Shown here: piece after piece, positions 11,936 to 24,935 of the stretch
Layout of the letters: every line of letters begins with the position of its first letter
Position numbering within the stretch: the first letter of the stretch is position 1
From: Phyllobates terribilis
Taxonomy: Eukaryota
Direction: 5' to 3'
NCBI RefSeq assembly: GCF_046119375.1
Contig: NW_027362762.1
Location: 158,782,001 to 158,846,000 of the forward strand
DNA: 64,000 nt
Program-made: the position numbers and the translations under genes
The notes under the pieces: generated by a model
What the model saw: the letters and a program-made list of their open reading frames with translations, nothing else
Database searches by the model: none
Told to the model about the DNA's origin: nothing

Positions 11936-14900
11936 TGAAAGCATTGCCTCTGAGATAGAGTATGGTGCCACCACATGGCAATGCTGTGATCATTGACCCC
12001 TATGTGTTTTCCAGCTTTAGCTAAAACAAGTTAATGGGTGATATAACTCTACGGTTGGATTTAATTGAAGTAGTATCCCCTACATATAATCATATTGGTC
12101 AGTTTAAACCAAGAACTAAAACAGTTACATTTCCTCTAATTCCTAACTGCGCGGTATTGAGCAATTTTGGTTACAATTCCCAGTGTGTGGCCAACCTCAC
12201 ACGTAGGATGTTTAACTACTTTGTCCATAATGACCCTCCATTACTGTGTCTTTAAGAGCCCAGCATGCTTACAGTATGTATAAAAATAAGCTGCATGGCT
12301 TTGTTGATTTGTTACAAATGACATGGATGTAAAAGAACAATATAACTATTCATCTGATCGCTGATTAAAAGAGTTTGCTGGATACATCATATTGGAAGCA
12401 TTCTCCATGTATTTATTTTTAGTGAGCCTTGTAAACACTTCGCTTCCTGGTTGTGTGACTCCCGCCTGAGCCTCTGTATATAATATATCCATTTAACAAT
12501 GCAATGGGCTGGGAGAAAGGAAACTTATCCTCCACGGACTTGCATTGTGGTTTATTTGTATCATAACGTTTTGCTCAGACAGTCTTTGATTAATGACTGA
12601 AGTACAATCAGACGACCATTTGATGTAGAACAATGCTGATTATGTTTCGGCTCATCTTAATCATGTCTGAGGAGTCACTGTGAGAAATGTCATCCTCTTT
12701 GCAGAAATTCCAGCCATAAAATGGAAATTATCTACTGGGATTAGAATGTTTTCTTGCTGTGTTCTTTCATGTCTAGACAAATTGCTGGACTCTATGAGTT
12801 ATTTTCAGTTCCCATCATGCCTACCATATGTCATCTCCAGATGCTCCAAAGTAGTCATCAGGTACCTCTTAGGTACAACTTAGATAGTGGTTGGCCAAAA
12901 GCTCAGATGGCCAACACTTAGCTTGGCTGAACATGCACGTGGTCTCTATGATGAGAGCTGAGTAAGCTGCTGCCAGACATCTCCAACCACTTGAGGCACA
13001 AATAGATTGGGTGTTGTAAATCAACAAGGCTGATCCTTCTCTGCCTCCGACATCATCAGATGGGAGAAATCTGGAGACCCCCATAAACATTAGATGGTTG
13101 GCCAGTCTCATTGAAATCCCACTTAAATCTAATGTGTACTGGGTGGGTCTTAAAACGGGTTTTCTCCTTTATGTACAGAAATCTTAATGACTATATATAT
13201 GAAATGTTCTACAATTTATATTAACAGGATTCCCAACTTAAACATTTATGACATATCCACAGGGTAGGGATGTATAAATGTCTGATGTAAATACAACATC
13301 TGGCCCCCTGATGAAGACATGTCAGAGTCACTATGGTCATCTTAACTCTGGTTCCTCTAGTGAAGTGGCCCAGTTATAGAGTATGAATGAAGCAGTAACC
13401 AGTGCAGCCATTCACTAGTCTCAATGGCTCTGCACTGATTGGTTGCAGTGGTTACGAGCGCTGCTGAGCACATGCCATCACAGATACAGCCAAGCAAAAA
13501 AGACTGAAGTGCGATGGGAAGGCATCGCTGGACCCGGTAATGGTGTATAACAGCTCAGTTTGCAGTATGTGAGGCTACGGACTAAAACCAATTGAATCAG
13601 GTCAACCCCTTTAATGTCATAAGTTATAAAGAAGATAACAAGTCAATACAGTTATTGGTTGCTTCAGTTAGAAGTGGTTCCTGGGGATTATCACAGTGCC
13701 TCCAAAAGGCGTTCAACCTTTTCGGACTTTTTAATAGTGTTTACGACCTAATAATTGTGGACACTTCTGGATTCGATTATATACTTGATGCCAATCAACT
13801 ACCACAGACCCTTCAGTGTCACAGAAACAAATGTGTCTAAATTGGTCTCCACTCAATTAGCAAAATGAATGTGCTATAAAGTTATTCATCATTGTTACTA
13901 TTTTTCACATTTAAATCATCACATCCACGTGGTTTAAAGGGGAATTCTCATCTTAGACATTCACGGGACATCTATCACATCTGAGACTCTTCAGTGCAAG
14001 GGTCGCTGATTCTCCATCCTGACTGATGGTGCAACCTCTGTGAATGGAGAGCTGGCCAGTTCTCTATTAACTTCTCTGAGAGCTTTGTGTACAGCATGCA
14101 AGTGTGCTTGGAAGTACCCATGGACACATAGGACTCTGATGGACCACGTTGACTATAATTGAGTCTATTTGGTCATTTTAATGGGAAAAACTATCTCGGC
14201 ATGCATATGAAAATTATAGTATTTGTCACAAGTACAAGGGTCCAACACAAGTGTGATCTTGGTCTTACATTATCAATTTTTTACTGGAGATTTGCAATGG
14301 GGGAGCCATCTGTCAGTGATGTGGGAAGATCTAATCACTTTCGGTGGTGTCCTACCACCAGTCTGTTGTGTTGGAGTGGACTACTTATTGGAGATGCGCC
14401 TTGTGACATTTGTATGGCACTTTTAATGTCATCTAGATAATAATGGTGGCAAAACGTTTATTACCGCTTCCTCAAGATAAAGGTCGTTTTTGGAAATGGC
14501 TTTCATTAAAAAAGTTTCACCGTTTGGCTTTTACAGGCTCGATGATTCCCTGGACATTTGACTTTGATGTGGTCTATGGTTGTAAATCAACTAAGAAGCG
14601 CTCAGAAACGCTGAAACATTTTTAATAAAATCCAATTGGAAAAATAATTGTTAGCTCCAATCACATACATTTACTTTAAAAAAAATGTCCTCAAAGGTTG
14701 ACAACCCTTATAAGATTGGCAGAGGTGTCCAGATATTGGAAGAGGACCTTACAAAGTTCCAAGCGCTGATATATATGGGAGGACATTGCAGATCAGTAAC
14801 TATAACAGCTTCCAGACCGGATAATAACTTGTACATCTTGGATCCTACAATATTTTTTTCCTAAGTTTGTTTGGACTAGACGGCATGAAGGAAGCAGAGG

Positions 14901-15534
14901 ATATTTACTTAAGATTCTGAGAAGATATTACACTACACCTTTAACAAATACCTGTGAATAGTGCCCCGGAGCGAAAGATTAAGGAATTTCATTCTTTATT
15001 TATTACACCAGATTGCTCCATGAACAAAAATAAGCAATGTGCAGCAGCTTCACGGGCAGCTCACTGCATGGAGAAAGTCTAATCCTCCTCGCTTCTGTGT
15101 GGATAGAACGTAAGCCCTATAAAAACACCACAAGATCTTCCTCTCATAAGTTCACAGCAAAGCGCACCTCTACAAAATATCAAATGGCTAGGTGCAAACA
15201 GACATGGAGGTGCTGCTGTGTTCAATTACCGCTAAAGAAGCAGAAATGGTGAGAGATGATCTATTCTAAAGGTCTATGAAGAGAACATCCGTGCACCAAA
15301 TATTCCATGGCATTTTGATTTCTGTTTAGCCACCCATGCAATGGTCCTCAGCCTCACTCAGACACTTTCATTGTACCCGTATGTAACTCTAGATGTGAAT
15401 CCCTTGGTGCTCTAAATTGGATTAGTGGAACTTCAGGTGTCACTGCTTGCCTCACTCAATGCCAGATCAGGATGCCACTGTTACTTCAACTTATATGTCC
15501 ACAGTGCCCATTATCAGGGTGCCATTGCTATATA

Positions 15535-17104
15535 CAGTCATGGCCAAAAGTTTTGAGAATGACACCAAAATTATATTTTCACATGATCTGCTGGTCTCTG
15601 GTTTTTATTAGTGTTTGTCTGATGTTTATATCACATACAGAAATATAATTGCAATCATATTATGAGTACCAATAGGTTATATTGACAGTTAGAATGAGTT
15701 AATGCAGCAAGTCAATATTTGCAGTGTTGCCCCTTCTTCTTCAAGACCTCTGTAATTCTCCCTGGCATGCTCTCAATCAACTTTTGGACCAAATCCTGAC
15801 TGATAGCAGTCCATTCTTGCATAATCAATGCTTGCATTTTGCCAGAATTTGTTGGTTTTTGTTTGTCCACCCGTCTCTTGATGATTGACCACAAGTTCTC
15901 AATGGGATTAAGATCTGGGGAGTTTCCAGGCCATGGACCCAAAATCTCTATGTTTTGTTCCATGAGCAATTTAGTTATCACCTTTGCTTTATGGCAAGGT
16001 GCTCCATCATGCTGGAAAAGGCATTGTTGGGCGCCAAACTGCTCTTGGACGGTTGGGAGAAGTTGCTCTTGGAGGACATTCTGGTACCATTCTTTATTCA
16101 TGGCTGTGTTTTTAGGCAAGACTGTGAGTGAGCCGATTCCCTTGGCTGAGAAGCAACCCCACACATGAATGGTTTCAGGATGCTTTACAGTTGGCATGAG
16201 ACAAGACTGGTGGTAGCGCTCACCTCTTCTTCTCCGAATAAGCTGTTTTCCAGATGTCCCAAACAATCGAAAAGGGGATTCATCAGAGAAAATGACTTTG
16301 CCCCAGTCCTCAGCAGTCCACTCCCTGTACCTTTTGCAGAATATCAGTCGGTCCCTGATGTTTTTTCTGGAGAGAAGTGGCTTCTTTGCTGCCCTCCTTG
16401 AAACCAGCCCTTGCTCAAAGAGTCTCCGCCTCACAGTGCGTGCAGAAGCACTCACACCAGCCTGCTGCCATTCCTGAGCAAGCTCGGCACTGCTGGTAGT
16501 CCGATGCCGCAGCTGAAACAGTTTTAAGATACGGTCCTGGCACTTGCTGGTCTTTCTTGGGCGCCCTGGAGCCTTTTTGACAACAATGGAAGCTCTCTCC
16601 TTGAAGTTCTTGATGATGCGATAAATTGTTGACTGAGGTGCAATCTTTGTAGCTGCGATACTCTTCCCTGTTAGGCCATTTTTGTGCAGTGCAATGATGG
16701 CTGCACGTGTTTCTTTAGAGATAACCATGGTTAACTGAAGAGAAACAATGATACCAAGAACCAGCCTCCTTTTAAAGTGTCCAGTGATGTCATTCTTACT
16801 TAATCTTGACTGATTGATCGCCAGCCCTGTCCTCATCAACACCCACACCTGTGTTAATGGATCAATCACTAAAACGATGTTAGCTGCTCCTTTTAAGGCA
16901 GGACTGCAATGATGTTGAAATGTGTTTTGGGGGTTAAAGTTCATTTTCTGGGCAAATATTGACTTTGCAAGTACAGTAATTGCTGTTAAGCTGATCACTC
17001 TTTGACATTCAGGAGTATATGCAAATTGCCATTACAAAAAATGAAGCAGTAAACTTTGGAAAAATTACTATTTGTCTCATTCTCAATACTTTTGGCCATG
17101 ACTG
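15535..17104 (-). mobile_element. Full-length Tc1-like DD35E (Traveler-type) transposon
   Basis: TA-cagtcatggccaaaagt(t/a)ttgagaatga TIRs at both ends, TA duplication, uninterrupted transposase. Confidence 0.95.
15712..16728 (-). CDS. Intact Tc1-family transposase, 338 aa, DD35E
   Basis: ATG at 16728 (MVISKETR), GRPRK linker, FSDES, WGCF, QHDGAPCH-(35)-PDLNPIEN, ends KGQHCKY*. Confidence 0.93.
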   Translation of the reverse strand: MVISKETRAAIIALHKNGLTGKSIAATKIAPQSTIYRIIKNFKERASIVVKKAPGRPRKTSKCQDRILKLFQLRHRTTSSAELAQEWQQAGVSASARTVRRRLFEQGLVSRRAAKKPLLSRKNIRDRLIFCKRYREWTAEDWGKVIFSDESPFRLFGTSGKQLIRRRRGERYHQSCLMPTVKHPETIHVWGCFSAKGIGSLTVLPKNTAMNKEWYQNVLQEQLLPTVQEQFGAQQCLFQHDGAPCHKAKVITKLLMEQNIEILGPWPGNSPDLNPIENLWSIIKRRVDKQKPTNSGKMQALIMQEWTAISQDLVQKLIESMPGRITEVLKKKGQHCKY

Positions 17105-18114
17105 TACAGTATATAGTCTTCACTACTTCTGCAAGTCCTGTCTCCATGTTTTCAGATGCCCTTTTTGTATTGGACAGTGGTGTGGTGGTTTTTCATGACC
17201 CACCAGGCACCTAGAATAGAGTGGAAAATGGAGATGACTGTCCGTCACCGTCTATCTTCCACAGGAACAGTAAGGACACCTGAAAATTCTGCAACCTCCC
17301 TAGTTAAGTCTCTATGGATAAGTCTACTGCCATATAGTCCTCTATATTGATGTGCTTTGTATAACTCAACCACCACCACTGATTGGCAGCTTTCTGCTAT
17401 GCCCAGTGTACACAGAAAGCTGCCAATCAGTGGTTTGGGTGGGTTTTAGGAGGTAAATATACACTATTTTCTGCAATAACTATTAGGACGGGGTTGCTTA
17501 GAAGTGGACAAACCCTTTAAATCACTGTAGGCATATATGGAAATAAAGAATAACATTAAATATGATTTCCTTCTATGATTTTTTTACAGGATGGGCTTTC
17601 TGTGCAGTAGATAAAAATGATAAAATCAGAAGTAGCAATGACATCATGACTACAACACGTGACTGCTAAAGCCAATCACTGGGCTCAGTGGCTCTACGGA
17701 TGGAGTGCTGGCGCTGGAGCAGGCGTTGGTGAGTATAACTGCTTTATTAGTTTTATCTCCAGCAAATGGGGTTAAGAAATGCATAAATGGAAAACTCCTT
17801 TAAGTAACTGTGCAAACCACACTGTTTTAAGTAAATGAGTTCTACCTATGTCACTTCTAACCTGGCATTTCCTCCAGTCATTAACCCAAACACTGTTGCG
17901 AGTCTGTTTCCTGCCTGGTGTTATTGAGAACCCTTATTAAAAGCACACCAGCAAAACACTGCTTATCATTACTTCACTTGCAGCCTTTTGCTGACTTCCG
18001 TAAATAGACATTTTATCTGATTGGCAAGCCTGGGCTGGCTACAAAACACACACATCTAATATAATAGTGCAATAATGACATTTCATATAGTAAAATAAAA
18101 ATAATCCATATATA

Positions 18115-18358
18115 CAGTGGGGAAAATAAGTATTTGATACAGTGATGATTTTGCTAGTTTTCCCATCTACAAAGAATGGAGAGGTCTGTAATTTTTACCT
18201 TAGGTACACTTCACCTGTGAGAGATAGAATCTAAACAGAAAAAACAGAAAATCACATGATTTTTAAATAATTAAATTGCATTTTATTGCATGAAATAAGT
18301 ATTTGATCATCTACCAACCAGACAGAATTCTGGCTCTCACAGACCTGTTAGTTTTTCT
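18115..18358 (+). mobile_element. Left end of a Tc1-like element interrupted by a piggyBac-type insertion (resumes ~19529-19580)
   Basis: TA + cagtggggaaaataagtatttgat, with an inner aaataagtatttgatc direct repeat. Confidence 0.6.
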
Positions 18359-19528
18359 CCCTTCATGACCGGAGCATTTTCCGTTTTCGTTTTTTGCTCC
18401 CCTTCTTCCCAGAGCCATAGCCTTTTTATTTTTCGGTCAATATGGTCATGTGAGGGCTTACTTTTTGCAGGACAAGTTGTACTCTTAAACGCCATCACTG
18501 GTTTTACCATATCGTCTACTGGAAAGCGGGAAAAAAATTGCGGTGAAATTACAGAAAAAATGCAATTCCACGGTTGTTTTTTTTGTTTTTTTTTACCACA
18601 TTCACTGAATGCTAAAACTGACCTGTCATTATTATTCTCCAGGTCATTACGAGTTTATAGACGCAAAACATGTATAGGTTCTTTTTTAAGTGGTGAAAAA
18701 AAATCGGAAGTTTGCTAAAAAAAAAGGCGCCATTTTCCGAGACCCATAGCGTCTCCATTTTTCGGGATCTGGGGCCGGGTGAGGGCTTATTTTTTGCGTG
18801 TCGGGCTGACGTTTATTTTGGGGTAGATCCGATGTTTTGATTGCCCGTTATTGCATTTTATTTCAATGTTACGACGACCCAAAAAACGTAATTCTGGCGT
18901 TTAGAATTTTTTTTATTGTTACGCCGGATTAATTCTTTTTTTATATTGATAGATCGGGCGATTCTGAACGCGGTGATACCAAATATGTGTATGTGGTTTT
19001 TTTTTATTATTATTTTATTTTGAATGGGGCGAAAGAGGGGTGATTTAAACTTTCATATTTTTTTATTTTTTTCATATTTTTAAAAACATTTTTTTTCCAC
19101 TTTCTGCATGTTTCAATAGTCTTCATAGGAGACTAGAAGCTGCAGTTATCTGATCGGCTCTGCTACACAGAGGCGATGAGCGGATCGCCTCTGTGTAGCA
19201 GAAATGCTCATCTGCTATGAGCGCTGACCACTAGGTGGCGCTCATAGCAAGCAAGACATAACAACCACAGGGGTCTGCCGCAAACCCAGAGTTGTCATGC
19301 CCACGCATCGGTGACCCGCAATCACGTGACGGGGTCACCGATGGGGGGGGATAATGCCGCGCTTCTGGCGCGGCGATGTTAAATGCCGCTGTCAGAGATT
19401 GCGGGCACATGTCAGCTATAAGAATCAGCTGACATGTGCCTGGTTCAGTGCGGGCTCAGCGACGGAGCCCTCACTGAACCGGGGGTGATGGCCTGGGGCG
19501 TACTAATACACCCCAGGCCAGTAAGGGG
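18359..19528. mobile_element. Non-autonomous piggyBac-type element
   Basis: Begins cccttcatgacc, ends aagggg + TTAA (19529-19532); no transposase. Confidence 0.6.
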
Positions 19529-19774
19529 TTAAGAAGACCTCCTACTCTGCACTCATTATCATCGTTTATTTTAGCAACTAAATGAGTTGATTGAGATTTC
19601 TCTTTTGTTCAATCACTTTGCATTTTGTTAATTGATAAAAATAAACTATTAACAGGTATATATTTTTATATCATTCTTACTTTTCAGCATTTTTTCCACA
19701 CCCACCTAAGAAATTTGCACAGTACTTACTGTATACATGTATAATATACAAAGCTGAACATCCTAAAAGACAAA

Positions 19775-21310
19775 GTTGTTGCTTCGATAAAGCTTCTGTC
19801 AAACACCAAAGCACCTGGATGTGACAATATTCCAATAGAGCTAATAAAGTCTTCTGAAGCAACAGTTGATGTCCCCACATGATATGGACAATTTGCAAAT
19901 GTAAATGGCCCAAGAACTGGACAAGATCAGTGTTTATTCCTGTTCCGAAGAATGGAGATGCTACCGACTGTGGAAACTATCAGACTATTGCTCTCATACC
20001 TCATGCCAGCAAAATACTACTGAAGATCCTACAAAGACGGTTACATCCTTACTTTGATAAAGGGCTGCCGGAGGAACAGGCAGGATTCAGAAAAGGCAGA
20101 GGAACAAGAGATGTGATTGCTAACAGTAGATGGATAATGTAAAAGGCCAAAGAATACAACAAGAAGATCTATTTTTGCTTCATCAACTACAGCAAAGCCT
20201 TTGACAGTGTTGATCACCTGAAACTTTTGAATACCATGAAGGATATGGGTGTACCGAACCATCTGATCAGCCTCATTAGGAACCTTTACATTGACCAAGA
20301 AGCAACAGTCCGAACGGAACATGGCGTGATTCAAAGTAGAGCGAGGCGTTAGACAAGGATGCATGTTATCACCATTTCTCTTCAATTTAGCAGAAGCTAT
20401 TTTCAGGAAGGCTGGATTTGCCAATAAAGAAGGAATCAAAATTGCTAGACAAATTATTAACAATCTTAAATACACAGACGATACAACATTGATAGCAACA
20501 GGTATAGATGGAATGTTGGACTTTTTACAGAGTATCAAGATGGAAAGCTTGAATTTGGGACTATTACTCAATACAAAGAAGACAAAGATATTGACTACTG
20601 CCAGGTACGACTGGGACACATTTGAGATGGACGGCGACTAGCTCAAAGTTGTAAGGGACTTCAACGTACTTGGATCAATGATCACTCAAGATGCAGCGAC
20701 AACACCGGAAGTCATTAGGAGAATACTACTCCTACTCCTACTACTCCTATTAAACATACTGTAATCAGGATTTTATACCTCTAACTAGTGACATGTATGT
20801 AAAAACGCTTTAATGTGGGCAAATCAACAATGAAGCTGTGGGCAAATCAACAATGAAGTCACTAGACAAGGTCTTCAAATCAAGTAAAATTTCACTGGCG
20901 AAGAAAACACGGCTCGTACACAGTTTTTTTTTTCTCTAGTAAAATATGGATGCGAAACCTGGACTGAAAAGAAAGAAGACAAAAAAAAACAGACAAAGAA
21001 GAAACGACGCTTTAAAATGTGGTGCTGGAGAAGGATGTTATCAATACCATTGGTGGTAAAAAGAACAAGCAAATCAATTTTGCAACAAATCAAGGCAGAC
21101 ATATCACTCGAAGCAAGGATCACCAAGCTATAACTTGCTTACTTTGAACACATCATATGAAGAGAGTAATCACTGGAGAAGGACATGGCTTGATACAATC
21201 AAGATAACGGCAGAGAAAACCCTGATGGACATAGCTAGGCTTGCACAAGATCAAACTTTCTACAGATCGTTCATCCATCAAGTCAATAATGCTTGAGATC
21301 GAAGGCTGTT
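19775..21310 (+). pseudogene. 5'-truncated, decayed RTE-clade LINE (BovB/AviRTE-like reverse transcriptase)
   Basis: WPKNWTRSVFIPVPKNGD...NYQTIALIPHASKILLKILQRRL...EEQAGFRKGRGTRDVIAN...SKAFDSVDH...LSPFLFNL...NLKYTDDTTL...YGCETWT...MWCWRRML; several stops and frameshifts; insertion at ~20725-20836. Confidence 0.9.
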
Positions 21311-21339
21311 AAATAAATGATAAATTATTCTGTATTGTT

Positions 21340-22570
21340 CAGCATAACCTGAGTACACCCCCTTTGAAAAGTAAGATTTTAATCAATATATCACTGAACA
21401 CAAGAACAATTTCCAAAATTTGACAAGACCGAGTTTCATAGAACAATTTTTAACCCATAACATGAAAGTAAGGTTAATAATATGACTTTCATTCCAAAAT
21501 GATCAGTTTTACTCAAATTAGTTGATGCAAAAAATGAATACACTCCACATTAATGATGAGCGAGTATATTCTGTTAAGGCGAGCATGCTCGGGTGCTCGC
21601 CGAGTATCTTCAGCGTGCTTGGGTGTTATGTTTGAGTCACTCTGTGTGCATGATTTGTGACTGTTTGACAGTTTTAATACATGTGAGGAATGCCTAAGAA
21701 ACAAGCATTCCTCACATGTATTAAAGCTGTCAAACAGTCTCAAATCATGAGCACGGAGTGATTCAAATATAACACCCAAGCATGCTGAAGATACTCGGAA
21801 AACACCCGAGCATGCTCGTAAATCTCGAGTAACGAGCATGCTCGCTCATCACTACTCCACATCAAAAACTACTACATCTAGAATTTTGTATGTCCAACAT
21901 GATTTTTAAGGATAGCACCAAGTCTTCTAGGCATAGAATGAACAAGTTGGTGACATATTACAACATCTATTTTTTTCCTTTCTTCATGAAAGACCTCTTT
22001 TGGAAAAACGTACATCTACCAAGGTCACGGAGTGATAGTAGCATCTTCTCTTTCAATTTAGACATGATTTTTTTCTAAATGCATAGTGCCTACAGTGAAA
22101 TATAGTGGTGGCAGTGTCCTTATGTGGGGCTGCATGAGCACTGCTGGTGTCAGGGAGCTGCATTTCATTGTTGGGATCATAAAATCACAGATGTACTGTT
22201 CAATATTAAAAGAGAAAAGATGCTACCATCACTCCGTGCCCTTGGTAGATGTGCACTATTCCAACCCTGAAGAAGAATAGGGTGAAAATGATTCAGTCGA
22301 CAAGTATGTCTCCTGATCTGAACCCAGCCCAAACACCTATGGGGAATTCAAAAGAGACAAGTTGAGTATCGCTCTCCATCCAGCATCCAGGCTCTAAAAG
22401 CGGTCATTGTTGAAGAATGAAAAAAGAGTGATGTTGCAATATGTCGCCAACTTGTTCAATCCTAGAAGACTTGGTGCTATCCTTAAAAATCACAGAAGTC
22501 ATGCAAAATACTAGATGTAGTGATTTTTGATGTGATGATTTTCATCAACAAATTTGAGTAAAATAGAAGT
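21340..22570. mobile_element. Internally deleted Tc1-like relic with long inverted arms containing the transposase C-terminus
   Basis: PTVKYSGGSVLMWGCM at 22089+; ~21500-21990 is inverted at ~22425-22565 (gatagcaccaagtcttctagg vs cctagaagacttggtgctatc). Confidence 0.7.
21551..21854. mobile_element. hAT MITE with perfect 8-bp TSD
   Basis: TIRs taatgatgagcgag / ctcgctcatcacta; TSD ctccacat at 21543-21550 and 21855-21862. Confidence 0.92.
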
Positions 22571-23029
22571 GTTGATACTTTTATTTTTATCAATGAACAA
22601 AAGATTCAAATCGACTGTAAATATGTTAGCAATATGTTGGTGACAGATGGAAGGGGTATGACTGCAGTATCAGACTACTGAGGGTTTGGTTTGTGTGTTG
22701 TCTGTTATCATGGAGATGCTCATTAATTGCAATGATCATCGTGTTTAATCAACAATGATCAAATAAAAAAATTCAGAAAGTACTTCCCAGTAATTTCCAT
22801 AAGGAGCTCAGCTTAATAAATAGCCATAGGATCCCTTATCAAATCTAGGTTCCCTCTGCACCATGACCACCTTCAGCAGCAGGCTCACAACTTAAAATGT
22901 TAATCATTATTTTAGTCTCCTGAATACACAGGGATAATACAGAAAGTGAAGTGACAGAATATTGATCATGCATAAAATCATCTCACAGTACAGAGATAAG
23001 GTGCACAGTGGTCTTACAGAAGAGTGATA

Positions 23030-23185
23030 ATGCACTTACAGCTCTCCTGCGTCTCTGCCCTTTCTCCGCCGGCTGCCTGCCTCCTGTTTCTGACTGACAG
23101 GTCAATGAATCATGACTGACCTAGAGACAGGAGGCAGGCAGCGGGAAGGGAATACAGAGAGAGGCAGGAAAGCTGTAAGTGCATG
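23030..23185. repeat. Long imperfect palindrome (core of a MITE)
   Basis: gcacttacagct...cctgcctcctgtttct vs agagacaggaggcagg...agctgtaagtgc. Confidence 0.75.
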
Positions 23186-23300
23186 GCCCGCCCACTGCAC
23201 TTGCAGATCATTAGCATACCATTTCAACTAGGGATTTCTCTAAAACAGCAAAATGGATTGCTACAAGAAAAGTAAGGATTTACTCAGCATAAGGGGTTAC

Positions 23301-24935
23301 TTAAGGACCGAGCCACTTTGTAGGTTAATGACCGGGCCAATTTTTTAAATTCTGACCAGTGTCACTTTATGAGGTAATAACTCTGGAACGCTTCAACGGA
23401 TCCTGGTGATTCTGAGATTGTTTTTTCGTGACATATTGTACTTTATGATAGTGGTAAAATTTATTTGATATCACTTGCGTTTATTTGTAAAATAAACAGA
23501 AATTTAGCGAAAATGTTACAAATTTTCAAACTTTGAATTGTTATGCCCTGAAATCAGAGAGATATGTCACACAAAATAGTTAATAAATAACATTTCCCAC
23601 ATGTCTACTTTACATCAGCACAATTTTGGAACCAAATTTTTTTTGGGTTAGATTAGGAAGATATAAGGGTTAAAAGTTGACCAGCGATTTTTCATTTTTC
23701 CAACAAAATTTACAAAACCATTTTTTTAAGGGACCACATCACATTTGAAGTGACTTTCCAAAGACTGCACCCCTCAAGGAGCTCAAAACCACATTCAAGA
23801 AGCTTATTAACCCTTCAGGTGCTTCACAGGAACTGACGCAGTGAGGAAGAAAAAATTAACATTTAACTTTTTTTCACAAAAAATACAATTTAGACCAAAT
23901 TTTTTTTATTTTCACAAGGGCAATAGATAAAAATGGACCCCAAAATGTATTGTGCAATTTCTCCTGAGCATTCTGATACCAAATATGTGGCAGAAAACCA
24001 CTGTTTGGGCGCACGGCAGGGTTCGGAAGGGAAGGAGCACCATTTGACTTTTTGAATTTAAAATTTTCTGGAATAATTAGCGGACACCATGTTGCGTTTG
24101 GAGAGCCCCTGATGTGCCTAAACAGTGGAAACCCCCCACAAGTGACCCCATTTTGGAAACTAGACCCCTCAATGAACTTATCTAGATGAGTGATGAGCAC
24201 TTTAAACCCCCAGGTGCTTCACAGAAGTTTATAACATAGAGACGTGAAATAAAAAATTACAAACATTTTCTTTTAGCCCCAAATTTTTCATTTTCACAAG
24301 GGTAACAGGAGAAAATGGACCCCTAATGTTGTTGTGCAATTTCTCCTGAACACGCCAATACCTTATATGTGGCAGAAAACCAATGTTTGGGCTCACGGCA
24401 GGGTTCGGAAGGGAAGAAGCGCCAGTTGACTTTTTTAATTCAAAATTTGCTGGAATAATCAGCGAATGCCATGTCTCATTTAGAGAGCCCCTGATGTGCC
24501 TAAACAGTGGAAACCCCCCACAAGTGACCCCACTTTGAAACCCCAGGTGCTTCACGGAAGTTTATAACGCTGTGAAAATAAAAAAAATCACAAAAATTTT
24601 CTTTTAGCCCCAAATTTTTTATTTTCACAAGGGTAACAGGAGAAAATTGACCTCTCATTTTGTTGCGAGAGCTCCAGCATCTCCTGCTCCATCATGCTGT
24701 GATCAGTCAGTCAGATTGACTGACCGATCGCAGCGATCTGGGTGCAGGAACCGACGGCATGGGTCCCTACACCCTTTCTCGTGCCGCTCAGCTGTCACAT
24801 ACAGCTGTCGCACTGAACTGGTACAGCGTGTTTACACGCTGTGACAGTTCAAAGATGTGACGAACACTACACGGCAAGGAGCGGTAACTTACACCCGCTC
24901 ATGACGTGCAGTGTCCGTCATTGGGCTTTAAGGGG
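23301..24935. mobile_element. Non-autonomous piggyBac-type element with internal ~330-395-bp tandem units
   Basis: Ends aagggg + TTAA (24936-24939); ccaggtgcttcac recurs at ~23815, ~24210 and ~24542; paralogous ORFs 23874..24200 and 24229..24555 are offset by 355 bp. Confidence 0.65.

Noticed and set aside
13305-13340. ctgatgaagac...gtc as a hammerhead
   Set aside because: No GAAA box or stem III follows.
16729-16998. 90-aa N-terminal extension in the 428-aa ORF call
   Set aside because: It begins at a non-ATG codon and runs through the TIR and leader; the ATG at 16728 gives a standard-length Tc1 transposase.
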